A stretch of DNA of 64,000 nucleotides from Chiloscyllium plagiosum (Eukaryota), in contig NC_057719.1 in assembly GCF_004010195.1 (NCBI RefSeq), forward strand, positions 80,885,436 to 80,949,435, written 5' to 3'. The notes beneath the pieces were generated by a model. The model made no database searches, was not told the DNA's origin, and saw only the letters and a program-made list of their open reading frames with translations. How positions within the stretch are numbered: position 1 is the stretch's first letter; every line of letters starts with the position of its first letter. Both the position numbers and the translations under genes were made by a program. Below, piece by piece: positions 39,483-52,444 of this stretch.

Positions 39483-40118
39483 TGTGACAGTTCTATGGTT
39501 TGAAGAAGTGTATTGGGTCCAGGTTTTTTTCTTATGAAGGATGAGACAGAGGTACTTAGCACTCTGCTGTAAAGCCATAAAGTAAGCAGCTGGTGAGGTC
39601 TTTTTCTTAATTTACAGTTGGAACAATAGAAGCAGCCTGAATAGGTGGGGTCAAGCTTCCGTAGGACTAGGATTTTTAGTTTTAGTTTTTCAGTAGCAGT
39701 TGCTGCTGAAGCTGGATGTGAAAGCTGTTTTTCTGCTCCCTCTATTACAGCTAAAAGCTGAGGGTTCTCTTCCTGCTGCTAGAATTGCATGTGAGACAAT
39801 CTGTTTTACTGAATCTGCCTTTGCCAAGGGCGTGTTTATGGGATGTTGCTTTTTTGGAACAGTTATCGTTTAGTAGTTAAATAATCTATTATCCTGTTAG
39901 GTTTTCTAATAGAGTTGTTATTCCAATTTCTTCTTTGTTTTTGTTGCACTTTAACCATAGTGTATGAATAGAGTGTGTTTTCCTTTAAGACAGGTAGTTT
40001 GACCAATCAAATTGTTTCTGGAGCATAATGTTTGGCACTTGCCTTTAAATAAGAAAATGCAAGAGCTTAGGCTATCTTCTTAATATAGTCTATTAAGGGT
40101 TTTATCTGATCTGTAACA
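39483..40118. mobile_element. Solo LTR (636 bp) with a 4-bp TSD, probably Ty3/Gypsy
   Basis: TGTGACAG...CTGTAACA termini; GTGC at 39479-39482 and 40119-40122. Confidence 0.85.
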
Positions 40119-40249
40119 GTGCCTTGATCAGCCTTTGTAGATGACAGTTAAGAGACATATATTGGCTGGACCAGGTAAGGAAGGCAGATTTCTTTTCCTA
40201 AAGGATATTGGGCTTTTAATAATATATGGTATGTTTACTGGTCACCTTT

Positions 40250-40953
40250 AGAACATAGAACATAGAAGAATACAGCGCAGTACAGCCCCTTTGGCCCTCG
40301 ATGTTGCGCCGATCCAAGCCCACCTAACCTATACTAACCCACTATCCTCCATATACCTAACCAATGCCCGCTTAAATGCCCATAAAGAGGGAAAGTCCAC
40401 CACTGCTACTGGCAGGGCATTCCATGAACTTACGACCCGCTGAGTGAAGAACCTACCCCTAACTTCAGTCCTATATCTACCCCCCCCCTTAATTTAAAGC
40501 TATGCCCCCTTGTAATACCCGACTCCATACGCGGGAAAAGGTTCACACTGTCAACCCTATCTAACCCCCTAATCATCTTGTACACCTCAATCAAGTCACC
40601 CCTAAAACTTCTTTTCTCTAATGAAAACAGCCCCAAGTGTCTCAGTCTATCCTCATACGATCTTCCTTCCATACCAGGCAACATCCTGGTAAACCTCCTC
40701 TGCACCCGTTCCAGTGCCTCCACATCCTTCCTATAGTATGGCAACCAAAACTGCACACAATATTCCAGATGCGGCCGCACCAGAGTCTTATACAACTGCA
40801 TCATGACCTCAGGACTCCGGAACTCAATTCCTCTACCAATAAAAGCCAGTACGCCATATGCCTTCCTCACCGCACTATTTACCTGGGTGGCAACTTTCAG
40901 AGATCTGTGTACATGGACACCAAGATCCCTCTGCTCATCCACACTACCAAGTA
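40250..40953 (-). mobile_element. Young CR1-group LINE 3' end, subfamily with a (TTCTATG)n tail
   Basis: 170-aa open ORF EQRDLGVHVH...LYKTLVRPHLEYCVQFW. Confidence 0.93.
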
Positions 40954-41029
40954 TAAGGGCGCAGGCTCAGAGGGCCGATGTGTCTACTCATGCACTGTGT
41001 AGATCTTTGTGGTAAACCTCCCTCCGACT

Positions 41030-41752
41030 TTCCACATCAAACACTGGTATGACAGGGTTCGTGTATATTTGGATATTAAGTGAGGCTTCTTCGACATGGT
41101 CCTCATCAAACTCTCCCAGGACAGTTACGAGATCGTGTTAGATACAGATAATACCTTCCTGACACTATCCCCATCAAATAATATGTGATATGAATAAAAC
41201 GGCGTTGGATACAAAGTAATACACGACTAGAGGTCCCCCACCAAAATTCCCAGAACAGGGACAGCATTGGGTCAGATATGCATTAAATCTTCTTGTCCAC
41301 CGTCCCTATCAAATACTCCCAAGGCTGGAACAATATGGGTTTAGATACACAGCAGAGCTGCCTCTATACTGTTCCCATCTAACAAACCCATTACAGGGTT
41401 AGGAGGGGGTTAAAGGCAGAGGAAATCTCTCTCTGTACTGTCCCTCATTCATCACTCCAATTACTGGGACAGAATGTGACTACGTACAGAGTAAAAATGT
41501 CTCGACACTGTCCTCATCAAACTCTGCGAGAACAGGGAGAGAACGAGGATTGATACAGCATAAATAGTGCTCTGCACTGTGCTCAGTAAAAACTCCCAGG
41601 ATTCATACAGGACCTGGTTAAATACAGAGAAGAGCTCTTTCGACAAGGTCCACATCAAATACTCCAAGGACTGGGACAGTATGACAAGAGATGCAGAGAA
41701 AAGTTATTTTAACACTGTCTACATCAAACACTCCAAAGATACGGACAGCACA
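41030..41752 (+). repeat. Highly degenerate ~69-bp tandem array, about 11 units
   Basis: CATCAAA-like anchors near 41035, 41104, 41172, 41308, 41376, 41515, 41653 and 41722. Confidence 0.85.
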
Positions 41753-42802
41753 CCCTAATTTAAGACTGAGTAGAGGAGGAATTTCTTTTCTCACACAGTT
41801 TGAGTTCTTTGTACCTCCTTCCAACACAGAACTTGTGTATGTTTAAATCTGATATCGATTCTTGATCCAGTAAGGGAATCCAGTGTGTTGGAAAAAGTGC
41901 AAGAAAGTGGGTTTGAGGTCTGTAAAAATAGCCAAGATCCTTTGGAATGGCACAACAGGGTCGAGGGGCCAGACCGACTATTCCAGCTCTTATTTTCTTT
42001 TTGTTGCCTTATGTACACCTCATAATCATACTGCTCACTATTGGGTATGATGTGAAAATAGTTGCATCTATCCACTCTACCATGCTGTTTTTCTGAGTCT
42101 CCACCTAATAAAGGCACTCCAATCCCACAACACTACTCAGATCACAGTTGCAAAGCTGTGAACAGTTTTATACCTCTGATATCAGGAAAGGTGTTCTGGC
42201 ATTCAATGCAGTGCAGTGAGGATTCGCTAGAATGACAGTGGGTGTGGAGGGACACTCTTACGAGGAAAGCTTGAGTAAGTTGTGCTTCTGCTCATTGGCA
42301 AATAGAAAGTTTGTTGTTTTTCTTTCCCTGCCTAAGAAATGAAGGACTTGCCACAGAGAGAGTGCAGCAGACAGTCACGAGGCTGATGCTAAAGATGTCG
42401 AGGATGACGTCTGAGGACAGATTACATCTTTTAGGGAATTGACTGGAATTCAGAAGAACTCGAAGAGATCTGATTTAAAATAATGCAACTGCAACAGATC
42501 TGTACAGAATAGGTGCAAGGAGGATATTCTTCATGCTTGGATACTCCAAATTCATGGTGAAAGTCGCAAGATGTTGGCCAAGTCACATCGAACACCAGAC
42601 TCGTTTCTGTTCTCAAGTATATCAATGTTTGATTTGGACAGAACACGAAAGTGTATTCATTCTTACAGTCCTGCTTTTCATAAATGTTCGTAATTAATCT
42701 GAAGATGAAAGTGGCCCATTGGATTATTTATGTCGATCTCAGTAAAGCAGACTTGGCAATGTGTCCTTGCTCTTCAAAGCCAATGTGCTTGCATCTTCTT
42801 GG

Positions 42803-43040
42803 GTGGCACCGTGGCACAGTGGTTAGCACTGCTGCCTCACAGCGCCAGAGATCTGGGTTCAGTTCCCGCCTCAGGGAACTGTCTGTGCGGAGTTTACTTA
42901 TTCTCCCCACGGCTGCGTGGCTTTGCTCTGGTTTCCTCCCACAGTCCAAAGAAATGTGCAGGTTAGGGGCATAGGTCTGGGTGGCTTGCTCTTCGGAGGG
43001 TCGGTGTGGCCTTGTTGGGCCGAAAGGCCTGTTTCCACAC
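42803..43040 (+). mobile_element. tRNA-derived SINE (HE1/V-SINE type)
   Basis: GGCACCGTGGCACAGTGGTTAGCACTGCTGCC head. Confidence 0.9.
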
Positions 43041-43685
43041 TGCAAGTAAGTAATCTAATTCAGCATGTCAGTGTTCTGTGTAATTTGAATACAAGGGCAT
43101 CTGAGCACACACATAGAGATCAGTGACTTCCAGCATTGGACAGAATAATTTATTATCCAAAGAGGAACTGGATAAATCACTGACAGAGAATTACAAGCAG
43201 GTTTCTGGGGGAGAAGTGAGGCAAGTGACGTATTTGATTGCCTGGGTAGGTGAATAGCCAGTTATCGTGCGTCTGTCTATGCTATGCGTCTGTCCATGCA
43301 CCATTTCTACAATGAAATGATCGCATGCATGCACACTTCTTTTGGGTATGGTTTAGGAATCAATAAAACACTCTCAGCCTTTTCACTCGACTCCCACCTG
43401 ACGGAACGGTCACCGAGACAAAAAGAAAGAAGCAGGAAACACATGTTTCAGGAGAGCAAGATTTCAACTGATGTTCTTGTATGTTCGATGTCAGACGGAG
43501 CTGTCACACTTCTCACAGCGAGCAACAAACAATTAGTTTAAAGTGTACAATTCGTGGATTGTAACAAGGAATGAAAATGGGAATTTTCTGTTAATCAGAA
43601 CAGCAAGATGGGCACACAATATTCTCCGATGAAATACTTGGCTTGCATTTTGCTGTTTTAAAATTTTATCATTTCTGACATATTT

Positions 43686-43962
43686 AGATTACTTGCAGTG
43701 TGGAAACAGGCCATTCGGCCCAACAAGTCCACACCGACCCGCCGAAGCGCAACCCACCCATACACCTACCACTACGGGCAATTTAGCATGACCAATTCAC
43801 CTAACCTGCATATCTTTGGACTGTCGGAGGAAACCGGAGCACCCGGAGGAAACCCACGCAGACACGGAGAGAATGTGCAAACTCCACACAGTCCTGCCTG
43901 AGGCAGGAATTGAACCCGGGCCTCAGGCGCTGTGAGGCAGCAGTGCTAACCACCGTGCTGCC
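43686..43962 (-). mobile_element. tRNA-derived SINE (HE1/V-SINE type)
   Basis: CpG-rich, apparently young copy. Confidence 0.9.
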
Positions 43963-44289
43963 CTTTCGGAATAAAGTAAGCCTGATTCTATATGAACCAT
44001 CTATGTCAGATTGTGAGCAAGGCTTCGGATTTATAATTCAGTGGTTGGCTTGAGATGTCATTCTTTTTGTATATTCCTGTCACTCTGATTGAAGTCTGGA
44101 AATTGATCAAGATACACGTGAATCTTTCGATTAACCCAGAGCAGTGAATTACAACTGAAATTAAAAATTAAAAGAAAATAACCTTGATGGGACTGTCTAT
44201 ATGCAAACTGCTAAATAATCAGCACGAAACTGACAATCAAATATGTAGGGAAAACTCAGATATATGTAAGAAGAATAAGGTTGTAATTA

Positions 44290-44695
44290 CCCTCACCTCA
44301 AACATGTTGCAAGAGGAACATTGCACTGCCTTCACTGCCATCCCTCTAAAAGTAACCTTTTTTAAAAAAAAAACTGGGTCTAAAGAATAGAACAAGCAAA
44401 ATGCAGCACTTACCTACTTACCACAACGGGTCTTATTATTTGGTTAGAGGAGGAGGGCGGGTGGAGGCACTACCTCTGTAGTGACTCGGGTTCTTCTCCT
44501 GCGCGCTTTTATAGGGAAAAAACCTACCCGGCTGCCCCTCTGGTCTTCGTCACTTCCCCCTGCTGCTCCCGCTTTTTCTGTGAAGAGAAAAAAAAAACAC
44601 CGCTGCCCGCTACCAGTAAGTAATTTTAAAACAATCTGTCTCACCTTAGCTGTAGCCTTCCGGGATCCTTTACACTCTGCTGCTGCTCGCACTCA
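44290..44695 (-). mobile_element. CR1-like 5'-UTR plus the first ~17 codons of ORF1
   Basis: ATG at 44341 gives MAVKAVQCSSCNMFEVR, resembling the CxxC N-terminus of CR1 ORF1; upstream CpG-rich leader with CCTATAAAA. Confidence 0.7.
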
Positions 44696-46145
44696 AAATG
44701 AGACTAGCTTCCAATTCCAAAATTTATTAATTGAATTTATATTCCACCAGCTGCAGTATTGGGATTTGAACCAGTGTCCCCAGAGCATCAGCCTCTGGAT
44801 TATTCACTTAATTTGCCACCATCTCTCCTCCGTAATGAGCATACTTTTTCATACTTTGGGCTACTGTGAGATCAGTTATTTTCACCCGATTCTAGTTGCT
44901 CAACAAGGTGCCCAGCGATATGGGACTAGAGAGGTCCTTCTATTCATACATTAAATTAGAATAAATATTGATACAGCTATGGAGCAGATCAGTGATAGGT
45001 GGGGCAGGACTTGTAGTTCTAATGTACATTCTCCAAACTCATGACCAATACCAGAGCAAAGAGAGTCTCCCAAGTAAAGCAGGGTTACTTCTGCAACAAA
45101 ATGCAGTGAATAGAGGACAGTTATGTCATGACTAATTATCAGTGTAAAGTCAACCCCAATCAGCAGTCTCCATTGGGTTAGCATCAGTCACCTCCATTCT
45201 GGACTGCTGGTTTTACTTTATTCATATCCCATTAACAGATTAGTCCACGTTTCATTGACTTAAGAGGGATTTTCACTGAAAATCTTTCTTACACTCTCCG
45301 TCTCTTCCTCTTTCCCTCTCAGACACAATGGGTGAACTGTTTTATCAGCAGGGAAACAGGTTTTGAAAATTTGGACGGGTCTGGCTTAAAAGATTTATAC
45401 GAGAGATCATCAACCCATGTTCAACAGATTAGTAAGTTATGTCGATGTTGCTTTTCAACATGAGGGAGTGCGGGAAAGCTCTCTGTAAACCAACTAAAAT
45501 TGTGCTTTATCTCAGTCAACACTTTAAACAATCGTGATCTCATTTTCTTTGTAATAGCAGGCAACCCTGTCCGAAACAAACACGGAGAATGATAGAAAAA
45601 CTCAGCAGGTCTCGCAGCATCTGCGGGAGAGATAAACTGCGTTAACATTTCGAGTCATGTATGTCATCTTCAGGACAGCCTTCTCTGAAATCTGCATGCC
45701 CCCTCCAATCTGGGCCATTTTGTTGATCCCTGATTCTATCACTGCATCATTGGCAGCCCTGTCATCAGCTGACTCAGCCCTAAGAACTGAACCTCCCCCT
45801 CTAAACCATTCTGTCTGTTTCCCTTTTTTAAGGTGCTCCATAAGACCTGTCAAGTTGGCCAGGTTTTGATCATCTTGCCTTACATTTCTTTGAGGTTTTA
45901 TCTGAAATCACTTCTGCAAATGGCCTCAGGATATGCTAATACTTTAATAGTGTAATGTAATGGCAAACTGTTGTGCCTTTGATAAAGAGGTAAACTCAGC
46001 TGGAGGCAAGGATAATATTTCTGTAGCCAAAGAAAAAACTTCAGTGCTCACTATCACAATCCCTGAATAAAATTATCATTTAACTAGGTGTTGCACGATT
46101 AAAGGAACACTCCAACTAATAAGGGAAGTGAGGACCGTCTATGGT

Positions 46146-46471
46146 CAGTCATAGGGTCATACAGCATGGAAACAGAGCCTGTAGTCCAATGAGTCCACAC
46201 CGACCACAATCCCAAAATCAACTAGTCCCACCTGCCTGCACTTGGCCCATATCCCTCCAAACCTTTCTTATGCACGTACTTATCTAAATGACTTTTAAAC
46301 ATTGTAACTGTACCTGCATCACCACATTCTCTGAAAGTTCATTCCACACATTAATTGCTCTCTGGCTTTTTAAAATCTTTCTCCTCTCACCTTAAAAATA
46401 TGCCTCCTTGCCTTAAAATCCCCACCTCAGAGAAAAGACACCGACCATTCATCTTATCTACACCCCTCATG
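46146..46471 (-). mobile_element. CR1 3' end
   Basis: Similarity to 25835-26170. Confidence 0.85.
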
Positions 46472-46589
46472 AAAAAAATCCCTTAAATGTGTGAGAGTAA
46501 TTCAGAATTCCATGTACGATATGAATATCAAGTCGACAGACAAGGGATGACATGAAATCAAGTTCACACTCCACTAGCTCTCACTTGTT

Positions 46590-46903
46590 AGATTAGATTC
46601 CCTACAGTGTGGAAACAGGCCCTTCGGCTCAACCAGTCCACACCGACCCTCCGAAGAGTAACCCACCCAGACCCATTTCCCTCTGACTAATGCACCTAAC
46701 ACTATGGGCAATTTAGCATGGTCAATTCACCTGACCTGCACATCTTTGGACTGTGATAGGAAACCAGAGCACTCGGAGGAAACCCACGCAGACACGGGGA
46801 GAACGTGCAAATTCCACACAGACAGTCGCCCGAGGCTAGAATCGAACTGGGACCCGGGTGCTGTGGGGCAGCAGTGCTAACCACTGAGCCACCGTGCTGC
46901 CCC
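46590..46903 (-). mobile_element. tRNA-derived SINE (HE1/V-SINE type), full length
   Basis: Reverse complement of 2518-2823. Confidence 0.92.
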
Positions 46904-47864
46904 AGTGAGAATGAGGCACACCCACACTGGGTTGATGATAGATTTCTGAGGAATAATTCAGGCTTCACAACCTGAATCCTTCCAGACTCTTGAATGCGTC
47001 AAAATCTTTAATCCTTCACATTCCGGCACAATGATTAAAAAAAGGGGAAATCAGAGCATGTAATTAAACTGACAGTTCGTTAATCACTCCTTGTACACAT
47101 GATTTTAGTCATTAAAAATGTTATTAAGGGATGCCATGCTTGTTTTTAAATAACATGCCACAGTTGAAATTTGACTGATACCCTTTACCAGCTTAGCTGT
47201 TAGTTTATTAGAAGTTCCACTGAGCCTGTTTAATTTATAGGCAGCAATTACACCACGTATAGTCACAGCTGAGATTTTATCCAAACCCACATGCCATCTT
47301 CATTCAAAAGACAGTTGATGACCCCAGTCTTTCTCTCCTCTATCAAAGGCACTGTTTCCATGGGAATCATACAGCCCAGAATGGGACGGCTTGGCCCATT
47401 TATTTTGTACCAACCCTTTACTAAACCAATCCAAAGTTAATTACGCTGTCACGCTGTCTTTGCACAGTCCCTTATCTTCCCCTCTTTGAACTGTTTATCT
47501 GTTCTCCTCTTGCTGCCTTATTCACTCTTTATGGTGAAGCATTTTGTGCTGTCACATACCTCTCCCTTAAAAAAGTTGTCCCCTCCTCTCTCTCCAGAGT
47601 AAGAATGTTAATTGGTAACCTCTCAGCCTTGGCCTCAGGTAAGATGAAATATTTTTCTTTTTCCAATAAATTGTCATTTTTAATTTAAAATAATCTCCTC
47701 CTGGCTTTTCCTGCTTCACTTGAACAATGCTCAGAACATCAAGTCTCACTCCATAGCTAGTCCAGCTTCATTGTGAAGAATTCACACTGTGTCTTTGTTC
47801 TGATTTTAATATCAATAACAACTTGTATTTGTAACATGGCAAAATGTCCCCAGCTGTTTCACAG

Positions 47865-48517
47865 ACTCATAGAGTCATAGAGTCATACAGCATCGAAACG
47901 GACCCTTCGCTCCAACTAGTCCATGCCAACCATGTTCCCAACTAAACTAGTCCCACCTGATGTGCTTGACCCATATCCCTCCTAACATTTCTTATTCATG
48001 AACTTATCCAAATTTCTTTTAAACTTTGTAACCATCCCCGCATCCACCATTTTCTCTGGTAGTCCATTCCACATATGAATCACTCTCTGAAATCAACTTA
48101 TCTACAACACTCAATATTTTATAAATCTGCATAAGATCACTCCTCAACCTCCTGCACTCAAGCCCCAGCCGATCCAGCCTCTCCTTATAGCTCAAATCCG
48201 CCATTCCCAGCAACATCCCGGTAATCTTTTTTGAAACCTCTCCGGCTTAATATCCTTCCTTTAACAGGGTGACCAGAACTGCACACAGTACTCCAGAAGT
48301 GGCCTCACCAACTTCCTGTACAACCTCAACATAACGTCCTAACTTGTGTACTCAAACGCCAGAGCAAAAAAGGCAAGTGTACTAAATGCCTTCTTAACCA
48401 ACCTGTCTATATGTAACACAAACTTCAAAGAATTATGTACATGAACCCTTTAGGTCTTTCTATTCTACAGCTCTGCCCAAGGCCCTACGTTTAATTGTAT
48501 AAGTCCAGCACTTGTTT
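47865..48517 (-). mobile_element. CR1 3' end
   Basis: ORF 48019-48216 LSYKERLDRLGL; (ATGACTCT)n tail. Confidence 0.88.
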
Positions 48518-49589
48518 GCATCATTATATAACACCAAGCTGCACAAAGGCTTGGTCAAACAGGTAGGTTCCAATGCAGGTTGAGTGGTTGTAAGTTTTAA
48601 CTAGGGCGTTCCAGAATTTCAGGACCTACAATTATCGAGGCACACTCACAAATGGTGAAGTAAATGGAACAGATGGATATTTTTTGGGGGATTGCTGGGC
48701 TGAAGAAGGTTACAGGGTTAAGGAAATGCAAGTCAATGGAAGGGTTGTAAAGTAAGGATAAGAATTTTAAATAGTTCAAAGTAGGTGTGCTCAACAAGAA
48801 AAAACTGGCATAGCATGTAATTTTAACCAAAGGTTCAAAACAAGTAATTTGTTACTGCAGTGTCAGTCGAACAGAATATCTCTCAACACAGCTAACCCCC
48901 TTAAAATGGTATATTGCCCAGACACTTCACGGAAACATCACTGGATTCAACAATTCACAGCCATAGATAGAGATGTTAGGAAGGACGAGCTTTAAGGAGC
49001 GAAAGGGAAGAGAGGTAGAGGGGTTTAGGGAGGGGCTCTCAGAGCTCAGGGCCTAGATAGCTAAAGGCTCAGTGATGTTCCAGAGCTGGAATTAGAGCAG
49101 CGCTGACAGATGGTCTTAAGGCTGGAAAAAGTAGAAAGACTGAGGCCATGGAGAGTCCCTGAGGTCTTCCATCGCCAGCGTGCACCGCAGGGGTTGGACT
49201 GTCTTATTGCCACCCAAAGTGATGCTACATTTTGTATGTTTCAAGTTTAATTTAAACATTTGGTTTTTGTTACAGCGTTAATTTGAGTCATATTGGTTTT
49301 ATTTGACTTTGTGAAAAGAAGACAAATGAAAATTGCCAAACAATAGGGACTGGAGTACATTATTTACTTAGGAATGACATTTCAATTTATTTCTTGTTTC
49401 AATTTCAGTTGTGGGTACTCCTTTCAAGGATTCAACCATTAATTTAGATAACTTGGTTATTAGTCTTCCTGTGACTTTTCAAAATATTGAAAAAGGGGTA
49501 GATGGGACCTTGGTGTGTGCAGCAAGGAAATGTGAATAAAGTTACAATCCAGATAAAGCTCTGAACATTTGGGTTATAATGATTGAAGA

Positions 49590-49806
49590 AGGGAGTGGTT
49601 TGTGTGTGGAATGAACTGCCAGAGGAAGTGGTTGGTGCAGCTATAGTCACAACATTTAAGATACTTGGATACGTTCATGAATAGGAAACGTTTAGAGGGA
49701 TAGAGCGAAACACAGACAAGTGGGACTAGTTTAGTTTGGGTACATTATCAGCTTGGACTAGTTGGATCACTGGGTGCGTATCCATGCTGTCTAACTCTGT
49801 GACTCT
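49590..49806 (+). mobile_element. CR1 3' end at the truncated end of the Gypsy pol
   Basis: gtggtttgtgtgtggaatgaactgccagaggaagtg encodes VVCVWNELPEEV. Confidence 0.85.
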
Positions 49807-49849
49807 ACCAGACCCACCACAGTCTTATCAAGGATTATCAGGATAAACA

Positions 49850-52230
49850 CTAACCTCTGCCTTTGATATCAATACCAACATCGCAAGTATAAAAGAATTA
49901 AAAATATAGATTATGATGTGGTAACAGCCTGTATAAATAACTTCAATAGTTTTCCAGAAGACAAAATATTCTGCTATCTAACCATTCAAGTACCTCTATT
50001 ATCTAACATGATTGTTGAAAGATCAACTTTTGGATTTTCAATTTCTGAATTATTTTTGAATTGTTCTGATATTTTCATGTCATTTCCTACTTTCTTCGCT
50101 ACTGTTAAACACACTTTTCTCCTATTGTCCCTGTCATAATATCTCTTAAACATATTAATGTGACACACTAACGTTTTTTCTCCTGCCTGGAGTACTCACT
50201 ACATAATTCACATCATTAGTTCCTTTTGATTTGTTAAGTGAACCTTGCTGTCCCCAGGCACAGAGAACAACACTAACACCCTGTTCTCCAGCAACAAAAT
50301 TATGAGCCTTTTTATCTTCTCTAGTTTTTATTGTTTGTTGAGTAGTCTTCAAATGTCTTTTGGCAACATCACATGCTTTGGTTAGTTCTCTGTGAAACTT
50401 GAAACATAGTCTGGAATTGTAATCTCTGAGCTTTGGTTTATCACTACTTCTTAACCAATTAAGTGGTCCCGTCACTTTAAAGCCATTTATCAGTTCAAAA
50501 GCAATCACATTCCTTTGAGGAATTTTGCAAATACTTTGAGGAATCAATCCTGTGGGTTGATCATTTAGGAGTATCCCTAATGTCAAACAGTAACAAGAGA
50601 ATTCCCTTGTACTAGTCATTAGACATTTCTAACAATAAGCTGTAATCATTGTCTTCACTGTCAGATACCATCTTTCCAAAGTTCTTTGAGATTGTGGGTG
50701 ATAAGCAGAAGATGCAAATTGTTTTATTTCTAAACAAACATCATTTATTTGAATACTTGAGACATAAAATTTGAACCTTGATCTCATTGTATTTATTTGA
50801 TTCTTGCATATCTTATAAGAAATTAAGGTAACTTCTCTGCTACCATTTTCTCAGTTTTTTTTCCTTAAACATGAGCTGCTTCAGAAAATCTGGTTGAAAT
50901 GTCCACATTGTAGAAATATATTGATTTGACTTCTTGGCTTTTGGTAGGCTTTTTCAGAATCTATTAGGATCCTGCTAAATGGTTCTTCAAAGGTTGGTAT
51001 CAAAATTATAGCACATGTTTAATTGATGGTTTGTGTTTTTCAAATACTTGACATGCTAGGGCATGTCTGTCAAAATTTGACCGCATATTTATGTCATCCT
51101 GGCCAGTAAATACGTTTTGATATTTTAGTGTGTCTTTTCCTAATGCCCAACTTATCTGCTATTGGACTAGCATGAGCCACTCATAAAACTTCATTGCTGT
51201 ACTCAGATGAAGCTACAACTTGATGGACCACTGCCCATTCCTCATGGTCTGGTATTTGAACCTGTCTCATTTCTTCATTAATTCTTTGTCTTTCAAATAA
51301 TAACACTCAGATATTAGTTCTGACTCAATTTCTGGTAGCTGCTTGCCATAACTCTTTCAATTCGGGATCGATTGTATATTGTTACAGGATCATTCACTGC
51401 ATCGTTTCCAATTAGGTTTTTGAAATTTATATCTGATAATTTGAAGACACCTTCTTTTCTCGTTGATACCTTTTCTTTCTTCCAGTTCTACGAGCCTGCG
51501 GTCTAGTCACAATACAGTCGGGAACAATCCAGAATGTTCCTCTTGTCACATCTCAGTTTCCTTTACCTCAGCCAATGGATCCACCACTCTCAGTGAGGTC
51601 AATATTTTGGAATGAGCCAGGTCATTTCCCCAGATAGAATCAGTTCCTTTGATAGGAATTTGTTACCCCCCCACTCCAACCACAGTTTCTCCATTTGCTA
51701 AGTCACTCTTTAATCCAATCGTGGATAATGGAGCAGATTTTGAACTCCCAGGTATACTTTCAATTGATAGTTTCTCCTTCATGAACCCTGTTAGGAGGCA
51801 AATCATATCATCAGCCAGCACCAATGACTGACATGCTCCAGCATCTCTCAATACTTTTATTGGTTTACATTTTTGCTTTGTAGCAAAAGGAATTACTTCT
51901 TATGAAATGCATGAACCTCCATTGGCCTGGCTCTCCCTGCCAATATTCATAGAAGAAGTTTCATGACTACGTCATAAGACCATAAACCACTCATTCAGTC
52001 TATTCTATGAATCAATGAGATGGCTGATCTAATAATCCTCTGTTTTCAGACTGTCCTGAGTCATCCACCCTTTCTGAGTACACTCTAAGGAGACGTGCTC
52101 TTTGAATACCTGTTTTAACACCTATTTCATTTTCTGATGCTCCCTTTTCTGAACATTCTTTGGACATTCATACTACAGCAAACAGTCTCCCAATGTTTGG
52201 CCAATTAGCCCTAGTATGTCTGGTCTAATA
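49850..52230 (-). pseudogene. Decayed pol of a Gmr1-like Ty3/Gypsy element: protease then integrase; RT missing or truncated
   Basis: VLRDAGACQSL (protease, about 51850), GNDLA, EEWAVVHQVV...AH...LGIRK...YWPG (integrase zinc-binding region), FEEPFSRILID, SSAYHPQSQ..LERW, NDVNYVVSTPGRRK, CHINMFKRYYDR. Confidence 0.85.
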
Positions 52231-52444
52231 AAATTGCTGTGTTGTGATAAAGATTATCGCAATTATCAGGTTTTCAAAATGATTTTGAATGTTGCTAAGA
52301 GTTTTCTGGCAATAAAAGAAATAACTGTGGAGTATTTGAAATCATTGACAAAGGCTAAACTGACAGAGTTAGTGGATACATCTAAGGAAGAGGTAATAGT
52401 AGGATCTCATAAGGAGGAGATACTGAGAATGAGCGAGTTTTAAG

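Noticed and set aside
41030..41752. Repeat-spacer (CRISPR-like) look of the 69-bp array
   Set aside because: The variable parts are homologous to one another, so it is a diverged tandem repeat.
43284..43541. 85-aa ORF in unique DNA as a possible exon
   Set aside because: Weak splice sites and no recognisable homology.
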